Translations under genes and position numbers: made by a program
In this document: positions 57,616 to 64,000 of the stretch, piece after piece
Numbering within the stretch: the stretch's first letter is position 1
Layout of the letters: the number at the start of each line of letters is the position of its first letter
Notes under the pieces: model-generated
The model's input: only the letters and a program-made list of their open reading frames with translations
Database searches by the model: none
What the model was told of the DNA's origin: nothing
Assembly: GCF_012926615.1 (NCBI RefSeq)
Contig: NZ_JABBNU010000010.1
Coordinates: 114,629-178,628, forward strand
From: Marinigracilibium pacificum
Lineage (GTDB): Bacteria > Bacteroidota > Bacteroidia > Cytophagales > Cyclobacteriaceae
DNA: 64,000 bases
Direction: 5' to 3'

Positions 57616-58062
57616 TTATAAAATGTCAATTGACTTTGGTGTTTTTGGCTTAGATTCTTCCCTTTTTGGAACATGAATATCCAAAACACCATGATTATAA
57701 GAAGCTTTGATCTTTTCGCCATCAGCTGATTCAGGCAGAGTGAATTTCCTCATAAAAGATGAGTATTTGAATTCACGACGAGTATAATTATCCTCATTTA
57801 CTGTGTCTTCATGCTCTGCATCTGACGAAATAGTTAAAATATTATCTTCTAACTCGATCTTAAAGTCTTCTTTTTTCTTGCCTGGAGCAGCTAATTCAAT
57901 AGTATAGCTCTCCTTATCTTCCTTAACATTGACTTTAGGAAGAGATTCGGTACCTGTTCTCATAAAGTCTCCTACTCCCCAGCCCCTATCATGGCTAAAG
58001 AAATCATCAAACAAATTGTCTAATGCAGGAAACATGTCCTTTTTTGTTCTAATAAGTGTCAT
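57616..58062 (-). CDS. Hsp20/alpha-crystallin small heat-shock protein
   Basis: ACD core ...YTIELAAPG...ILTISSD...GVLDIHVPK. Confidence 0.8.
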   Translation of the reverse strand: MTLIRTKKDMFPALDNLFDDFFSHDRGWGVGDFMRTGTESLPKVNVKEDKESYTIELAAPGKKKEDFKIELEDNILTISSDAEHEDTVNEDNYTRREFKYSSFMRKFTLPESADGEKIKASYNHGVLDIHVPKREESKPKTPKSIDIL

Positions 58063-58240
58063 GGCTAGCTGGCTTTAGTTTAACATTCATTTCAATTGAA
58101 TTACTACAAAAACAGTTCCAGTCAAACATATGCTTAACCAAAGAGACAAAATGTCATAAAACACTATTATCCAATTCCTTACATAGAAAAATTGACAGGT
58201 TTTCAAGGATAAAATCAATTAATTCCTGACAGGTTTTCAC

Positions 58241-59179
58241 CTATCGGCGGACTACCCCAATATGCATTAAAGCATCACCTTGATGAACAATCGGATCATG
58301 GTTTAACCCAATAACATAACCGGTGACGGGTGACTTTACTTTAAGTGAAAAATCACCAAATGGGTCAAAGATATTTCCTACAATCTGGTTTTTATTTACC
58401 GAATCACCATACCTAACTTTTGAAAGAAATATCCCTGAATTTCCAGCCCTGATCCAGGAAGAGTTTTTTATAATTCTATTTTCATATAATGGGTCTACAT
58501 ATTCATCAGTCATTCCTAACATATTCATCATCCTGATAGTTCCATTAACCCCTTCCTCAATTGCAAACTCATCAAACCTGGATGATTCGCCTCCTTCATA
58601 AACAATAATATGTTTTCCCTCCCTGGCTACAGATTTTCTAAGTGAATTTGGTCGATATGCACTGTCAAGAGTAAATGGTGCATGAAATGCATCTGCAAGT
58701 TTTTGATTTGTAGGATCACTAAGCTTACACCTTACTTGCGGATAATTTGTTCTATCCGAGCCGCCAGTATGAAAATCAATACCATAATCAATTAAAGGAA
58801 TTACTTCCTTCATTAAATAGTAAGCTATTCTTGAAGCTAGTGAACCATTCTTATTTCCAGGAAATGATCTGTTAACATCTTTTCCATCAGGTACATAACG
58901 CGAAAAATGAATAAACCCATAAATATTGATTATCGGAATACATATCACAGCTCCAGCTTTACATTTATGAATATTGCGCTCCATTATCCGGCGTATTATT
59001 TCAACCCCGTTTATTTCATCGCCATGTAATCCACCAGTTAATAACAAAACAGGACCTGGATTTGGTGACTTATAGGTGGTAATTGTTATATCGATAGGAG
59101 AATGTGAAGGTAGCTTGGCTATGTTAATATCTACCTTTATTTCTTCACCGGGAATTAATGGAATACTGTTAAACTTCAT
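58241..59179 (-). CDS. succinylglutamate desuccinylase/aspartoacylase (AstE/AspA) family zinc hydrolase
   Basis: LLLTGGLHGDEINGVEIIRRI zinc-binding motif. Downstream HTGGS. Confidence 0.75.
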   Translation of the reverse strand: MKFNSIPLIPGEEIKVDINIAKLPSHSPIDITITTYKSPNPGPVLLLTGGLHGDEINGVEIIRRIMERNIHKCKAGAVICIPIINIYGFIHFSRYVPDGKDVNRSFPGNKNGSLASRIAYYLMKEVIPLIDYGIDFHTGGSDRTNYPQVRCKLSDPTNQKLADAFHAPFTLDSAYRPNSLRKSVAREGKHIIVYEGGESSRFDEFAIEEGVNGTIRMMNMLGMTDEYVDPLYENRIIKNSSWIRAGNSGIFLSKVRYGDSVNKNQIVGNIFDPFGDFSLKVKSPVTGYVIGLNHDPIVHQGDALMHIGVVRR

Positions 59180-59312
59180 AAGTGCTTTTCAGTTTTACTA
59201 TGAAATAAATCAATTTAGAGTTTGAAGTTAACAAAATGTAATATTAAATGGATGGTCAAATTAATGTTTGTAAGTTTACAATTAATCTTTTAACGAAATC
59301 AATATACCAATA

Positions 59313-59954
59313 ATGAAATATTCACTGCCTGTAATAGTCATATTAATTTTAATAGGTCTGACCGGCTTTAATCTATCAAATTCAAATCATAAAATAATTG
59401 AGAGTGATACTTCTTTTGTATTTATAGAAAACCTTTCTGATGACTTTATGTATGATATGCGGTATGCAACAGAAGATAATTTCATCAATAAAAAAGTATA
59501 TGATTGTGATAAGTGTATGATTCGTAAAGAGGTTGCAATGGCACTGATTAATGCGAACAGAGAGTTTATGAAACTCGGTTATAAGATTAAATTTTATGAT
59601 TGTTATCGCCCACTGGATGTCCAAAAGGAAATGTGGAAAATCTATCCTAAGCCCGGATATGTGGCAAACCCCTATAATGGCGGTTCTATTCATAACCGAG
59701 GCGGTGCTGTAGACCTTACTTTAGTGGATATGGAAGGAAATGAAATAGCTATGGGTACAGATTTTGATTACTTCGGAAAGAAAGCTAATCATACCTTTCA
59801 AGATCTTCCTGAGAACATAATAAGTAATAGAAAATTACTGAAGTCGATAATGCTTAAGCATGGGTTTAAGCATATAAACACAGAATGGTGGCATTACAAT
59901 TATACCAATGCCAGGCAATACCCTATTTCTAACACCAAAACCAAATGTGATTAA
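59313..59954 (+). CDS. D-alanyl-D-alanine dipeptidase (VanX/DdpX-like, M15D)
   Basis: YDCYRP, SIHNRGGAVDLTLVD, EWWHY zinc/catalytic motifs. Confidence 0.75.
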   Translation: MKYSLPVIVILILIGLTGFNLSNSNHKIIESDTSFVFIENLSDDFMYDMRYATEDNFINKKVYDCDKCMIRKEVAMALINANREFMKLGYKIKFYDCYRPLDVQKEMWKIYPKPGYVANPYNGGSIHNRGGAVDLTLVDMEGNEIAMGTDFDYFGKKANHTFQDLPENIISNRKLLKSIMLKHGFKHINTEWWHYNYTNARQYPISNTKTKCD

Positions 59955-59957
59955 CAT

Positions 59958-60266
59958 ATGAGTAAGTTGCAAAACAACACTATTGAAATAGGCTCGGCAG
60001 TTAGGTTACCCAATACTGAAAAATCTATTACACTTTTTACTACCATCGATGATAAAATTCATATTGATATTTTATCTGAAAAAACTCCCGACCTGCCTTT
60101 TAAGCTTTTAATGTCAAGTCTGAAGAATAATGATCAATTGAAGAAAGCTAAAGATCTTATCATCATCTCTCATAAAGGAAAAGAAATTGCTAAAATCGAA
60201 AAAGGTGAGTTCAAAATTACTAAACTAAACTTCTTTCTTAAATTATTCTTTAAAAGCCTTTTCTGA
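59958..60266 (+). CDS. hypothetical small protein
   Basis: 102 aa. 3-nt gap after the dipeptidase gene. No motif. Confidence 0.35.
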   Translation: MSKLQNNTIEIGSAVRLPNTEKSITLFTTIDDKIHIDILSEKTPDLPFKLLMSSLKNNDQLKKAKDLIIISHKGKEIAKIEKGEFKITKLNFFLKLFFKSLF

Positions 60267-60268
60267 TC

Positions 60269-61252
60269 CTATTGATTTTTTATTTGCTTTGGTAGTATCC
60301 CGAATTCTTTTCTAAAAGCAGTAGTAAAATGGCTTAAATTACTATAACCTATCATTCTACCGGCTTCGGAGACATTATATTTATTTGTTTCAATCCAATG
60401 ATAGGCTTTTTTCAATTTCACCTTTCTAATATATTTACCAACACTGGTATCAAGGTTATCGGAGAAGGTTCTTTTCAGCTTTGCCGGACTTACCGATAAT
60501 TGCTTAGCAAGACCTTCCACCGTAATTACATCATTATATTTTTCATTAATTATCTGAATGGCATTGTTTAATAAATCATTACTTAAATCATTAAATTTTA
60601 GATTTCTAAAATCAAAGTCATTTAGAAAATCAAAATATAATGCCAGTACCTGATCAATCTTTGATTTTAGTAGTGGGTAATTCCTGTTTCCATCTGAAAC
60701 ATCTATTAAGATCGAATGAATTATCTCAAATATATTCAGCTGAACTTTACTCCCGAGGTATAATTTATCTCTGGAAGTCAGTAAATAAATCACGTCATCC
60801 TTCAAATTCATCAATTCAATGAAATTTCTTTGAATATATGACTGATCAATAACAATTGAAAAGTTCTGATGATCCTGATCTTCCAAATATTTAAACTCAC
60901 AATCAAGGTAGGAATTAGATAATAGAACATTAAAACTATCAGATTCCAGTTCGCCTATATTAGACTTTACCTTTGGCAAATACAATATTTCATGACTACC
61001 CTTAAGATGAAAATCTATCTGTATTAAAAACCTGTTATTATCACTTGTGCGAAGTACCGCCAGGGGTTCTTTAAAATTGAATTTGTTATACATAAAAGAT
61101 AACTCTGGCGTCAGATTAAACTTATAGGTAAAACCATCAATATCATCTTGATTAGATTGCATACAATGATCCTCCCAATAGCAATCAAATTTGTCACTTA
61201 ATTTATTGCAAAGATCATGAAAATGGTCGATCTGATATTTAATAAAATTCAA
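60269..61252 (-). CDS. AraC-family transcriptional regulator
   Basis: C-terminal HTH LAKQLSVSPAKLKRTFSDNLDTSVGKYIRKVKLKKAYHWI. Confidence 0.75.
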   Translation of the reverse strand: MNFIKYQIDHFHDLCNKLSDKFDCYWEDHCMQSNQDDIDGFTYKFNLTPELSFMYNKFNFKEPLAVLRTSDNNRFLIQIDFHLKGSHEILYLPKVKSNIGELESDSFNVLLSNSYLDCEFKYLEDQDHQNFSIVIDQSYIQRNFIELMNLKDDVIYLLTSRDKLYLGSKVQLNIFEIIHSILIDVSDGNRNYPLLKSKIDQVLALYFDFLNDFDFRNLKFNDLSNDLLNNAIQIINEKYNDVITVEGLAKQLSVSPAKLKRTFSDNLDTSVGKYIRKVKLKKAYHWIETNKYNVSEAGRMIGYSNLSHFTTAFRKEFGILPKQIKNQ

Positions 61253-61276
61253 AGTCGGTTTTAAGGGTTATATTAT

Positions 61277-62182
61277 CTATAATAAATCCTTGAGCGCATG
61301 ACGCACATTATTAAATTTAAATTTAAAATTGCAATAATTCAATTTATTAGATACTACTCTTCTACTTTTTAACACTAGTTCTGTCTCAGTTCCAATTAAT
61401 AAAGCACCAAAACCTAGCAACTTTTCTCCTTGTGGTATCCCAAATGGGACTTTCATAATACCCCTGATTGTATTCATCAATTCAAAATTGGTAACAGGGC
61501 ACGGTGCAGCTATATTAATAACACCTTTTAAATCACTATGTTCTAAAATAAAACTTATTGCCCGGCAAAAGTCCTCCTCATGAATCCAGCTGACAAATTG
61601 ATCTCCACTACCATGTTTTCCACCTAAACCAAATTTTACTAAAGTTTTGATAGGAATTAATGCCCCGCCATTTTTACCTAAAACTATGGAGGTACGCAAA
61701 ATCACTTTTCTTGTCTTAGGTAAGGTAAAACTATTAAACTCTAACTCCCATTTTCTGCAAACATCAACAGAAAATCCCTCACCAATTATACCGGTATCTT
61801 CAGTATTAGCTTGATGATATGAATCTGCATAAATAGTGGCTGATGAACTATTCATCCAAACTTTCGGAGGATTCACACATTTAGATATCGCCCTGCCCAA
61901 AAGATTCGTAGGAATGATTCTGGTAGTATAAATTAATGATTTATTATGTTCATTGTATCGGCAGTTTACTGATTTTCCGCATAAGTTTATTACTGCCTCT
62001 GCTCCTTCTAGTATTTCGGTCCATCTGCCAAGAGACTGACCATCCCAATATACATATTTGAACTTATCAGATATTTCTACAGACCTGGTTAAAATATACA
62101 CATCAAATCCAGCATTATATAAGTATTTAGAAAGTAATCTTCCCAAAAACCCGGTTCCTCCGGCAATTACTATTTTACGCAT
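61277..62182 (-). CDS. YfcH-like NAD-dependent epimerase/dehydratase family protein (TIGR01777)
   Basis: MRKIVIAGGTGFLGRLL Rossmann N-terminus. DUF1731-like C-terminus. Confidence 0.75.
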   Translation of the reverse strand: MRKIVIAGGTGFLGRLLSKYLYNAGFDVYILTRSVEISDKFKYVYWDGQSLGRWTEILEGAEAVINLCGKSVNCRYNEHNKSLIYTTRIIPTNLLGRAISKCVNPPKVWMNSSSATIYADSYHQANTEDTGIIGEGFSVDVCRKWELEFNSFTLPKTRKVILRTSIVLGKNGGALIPIKTLVKFGLGGKHGSGDQFVSWIHEEDFCRAISFILEHSDLKGVINIAAPCPVTNFELMNTIRGIMKVPFGIPQGEKLLGFGALLIGTETELVLKSRRVVSNKLNYCNFKFKFNNVRHALKDLL

Positions 62183-62546
62183 GACGGTAAGTTTTAAATG
62201 TTAAATACCAATGAGATAGAGCTGCAATCGAGCAGTTTATAATGTAGAAAGGAAAGATATAATTGTCCTTAAAATTTCTAATTCCAATTAAATCAATAAG
62301 ATAATTACACAGTGGAATAGAAATTAAAATTAGAGTTGCATACAAAAAATATCTGATCCAGCCTTTTGAACGATAATATTGGCTAAAACTAAACCACATT
62401 CCACTCAGGAATTGAGTAAATCCCAAAGGCATCGCCAATAGCATAACATATACCAGAATTTCAACATTAAATATGGAAGCCAGCAAGAGCATTATGATAA
62501 TGCTAAACTGAAATAATTGTAGGTAGAAGTTAATTTTAATCATCAT
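62175..62546 (-). CDS. small membrane protein (3-4 TM), unknown function
   Basis: Hydrophobic helices. 8-nt overlap with the downstream epimerase gene. Confidence 0.4.
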   Translation of the reverse strand: MMIKINFYLQLFQFSIIIMLLLASIFNVEILVYVMLLAMPLGFTQFLSGMWFSFSQYYRSKGWIRYFLYATLILISIPLCNYLIDLIGIRNFKDNYIFPFYIINCSIAALSHWYLTFKTYRHA

Positions 62547-62601
62547 AATTTCAATAGTTTCATTACTTTCAAAATTTATTGAAACTTTAAAACAAATTTT
62601 T

Positions 62602-63099
62602 TTAAAGTTTCGTTAGAAGCTTAAGAAACCAGCTTTTGTCAGATCTGATAAACATATCAAGAACTGAATCTGCTTTCCCTGAAAATGAAGCAATCTCGGA
62701 AGTCATTTTTTTAAACTCATCCTCCTGGGCTGATCCTTCACTTTCAATACTTTTTAATTCATTCATGGTATTTAAGATAGGCGTTAACTCCCTTTTACGT
62801 CTTTCTGCACTAATCTTTCTCGCTATTTCCATTATATCTTTAATAGCTTTGAAGTATTCTCTCCTCTCTCCTGGTATATGATCCTTATAAACCAATCCCC
62901 AATCAATTAAAGCCCGGATATTCATATTGGCATTACCACGTGATATTTTTAATTCTTCCATTATATCCTCGGCAGATAATGCTTCCGGTGAAATAAGAAG
63001 TAGTGCATGAATCTGAGCCATAGTCCGATTGATTCCCCAGTCTGAGCCTAGTGCTCCCCAGGTATGTATAAACTTCGATTTTGCTTCTTCAAATTTCAT
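62602..63099 (-). CDS. GbsR/MarR-like transcriptional regulator
   Basis: HTWGALGSDWGINRTMAQIHALLLISPEALSAEDIMEELKISRGNANMNIRALIDWGLV is GbsR-family. True start likely MKFEEAK (ORF track start 63189). Confidence 0.65.
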   Translation of the reverse strand: MKFEEAKSKFIHTWGALGSDWGINRTMAQIHALLLISPEALSAEDIMEELKISRGNANMNIRALIDWGLVYKDHIPGERREYFKAIKDIMEIARKISAERRKRELTPILNTMNELKSIESEGSAQEDEFKKMTSEIASFSGKADSVLDMFIRSDKSWFLKLLTKL

Positions 63100-63195
63100 A
63101 ATGCTAATGTAAAACAAAAATTCATAACTTTCAAAAGTTATTGAAAGTTTTAGCAAAAATAAATGAGAGACCAATTGATAGCCTCCCATTTAACC

Positions 63196-63999
63196 TTATT
63201 TAAAATATATTTCGTGCATCCATAAAAGTCCATCGGGTGAAAATGCTTCCCTAATAGCATCTTTATGATATTTTACTGTTTTACCAGAAGTAGAACTATT
63301 ATAATAACCTGAGCTATATGCTTTTTGATCCCACTTGCCATAAGGGTCATGGACAGTATAGTAAGTTCCATCAAAACCCAGAAACACCATTACATGACCA
63401 TAGCTAGTTGTATAACCATGAGCAATAACTGGCTTGCCTTCTTTCAAAAGCTGATTTAATCTGGTCAGGGATCCTTTGGTTGTACCACTTACTCTTACAT
63501 TCAAACCAAAATAAGAAGCTTCCGAATTGAATATCGATTCAAGTCCGGGTACAGTCTGACCTTTATCCGTACCCCCATAGTTATCTGAAATTTCATCAGG
63601 CGAAGTATTTCCTCCGTAATAATTGATAACCATAGCTACAGATGTATTTTGGCATGATCCATACGGATTATAATCATTATTCAATTGATAAAAATACGGC
63701 ACACCTTTTATGTATCCTGTACTGTTTAAATCTGTAACTCTATTGTTATTAACTATTTGTGAAACTTTTCCTTCAAGGGTCAAAATTTGATAAATAGCCA
63801 TTACAGTTTCTGCTCTTGAAGCATTCCTTAGTGGATCTAGAGTTGTTAAAGTCGGGTAATTAGCAATCAATTTACTTTTTGCAGCCCTGGCCACAGCTTT
63901 TCTAGCCCAGGTTGGAATCTTGGTATAATCTGTAAAATAATTAAGAACTGATTCATTAGCATTTGTTAATCCATTATGACTAGCAAGTGCTATAAGCAT
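63196..63999 (-). CDS. partial CDS: C39-like (papain-fold) peptidase domain protein; N-terminus lies beyond window end
   Basis: YQLNNDYNPYGSCQNTSVAMVINYYG catalytic-Cys region. Downstream HGYTTSYGHVMVFLG His region. ORF open to the window edge. Confidence 0.5.
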   Translation of the reverse strand: MLIALASHNGLTNANESVLNYFTDYTKIPTWARKAVARAAKSKLIANYPTLTTLDPLRNASRAETVMAIYQILTLEGKVSQIVNNNRVTDLNSTGYIKGVPYFYQLNNDYNPYGSCQNTSVAMVINYYGGNTSPDEISDNYGGTDKGQTVPGLESIFNSEASYFGLNVRVSGTTKGSLTRLNQLLKEGKPVIAHGYTTSYGHVMVFLGFDGTYYTVHDPYGKWDQKAYSSGYYNSSTSGKTVKYHKDAIREAFSPDGLLWMHEIYFK

Positions 64000-64000
64000 C

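Noticed and set aside
1-64000. Search for transposases, integrases, IS inverted repeats or CRISPR arrays
   Set aside because: No ORF with DDE/tyrosine-recombinase motifs and no spacer-repeat arrays were seen. The mobile-element hypothesis for the tRNA-fragment locus therefore rests only on the fragments themselves.

Overview
This 64 kb window looks like an AT-rich (about one-third GC) chromosomal segment from a Bacteroidota (Flavobacteriia/Cytophagia-like) genome. Phylum-level cues are a T9SS C-terminal sorting domain, LytTR-type two-component systems, lipoprotein LxxC signals, and GT1/SusC-like fragments.

Gene content in order:
- A secreted esterase with a CBM20-like tail and a T9SS-secreted Kelch/cadherin protein.
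- A transglutaminase-like lipoprotein.
- A LytTR two-component system divergent from an ABC ATPase plus a gene fusing an ABC-2 permease to a periplasmic M1 aminopeptidase.
- An MFS Bcr/CflA transporter.
- A clear AdoCbl (cobalamin) riboswitch sitting unexpectedly upstream of a stand-alone PAS protein and a hotdog thioesterase.
- A GT1 glycosyltransferase.
- A fatty-acid beta-oxidation cluster (ACAD, APH-like kinase, SDR, MaoC, QOR, TetR) flanked by three obvious gene fragments.
- A peptidoglycan-remodelling pair (polysaccharide deacetylase and glucosaminidase).
- An SPFH-RtcB operon.
- An intact tRNA-Tyr next to a cluster of scrambled tRNA fragments.
- A WYL-domain regulator fused to a PhyH-like domain, followed by YebC.
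- A 1388-aa polytopic membrane protein of unknown function.
- A heavy-metal efflux island (Fur-like regulator, Cys/His-rich small protein, CzcA fused to a CzcC-like outer membrane factor, CzcB, DUF3703, CzcD).
- An aldehyde dehydrogenase/DUF779 pair with AraC.
- A CbpA-like J-protein and Hsp20.
- Miscellaneous housekeeping genes.

No transposase, integrase or CRISPR array is visible. Several truncated gene remnants suggest local gene decay or rearrangement scars.

Coordinates for CDSs follow the supplied ORF track. RNA and terminator coordinates are hand-derived and may be off by a few nt.
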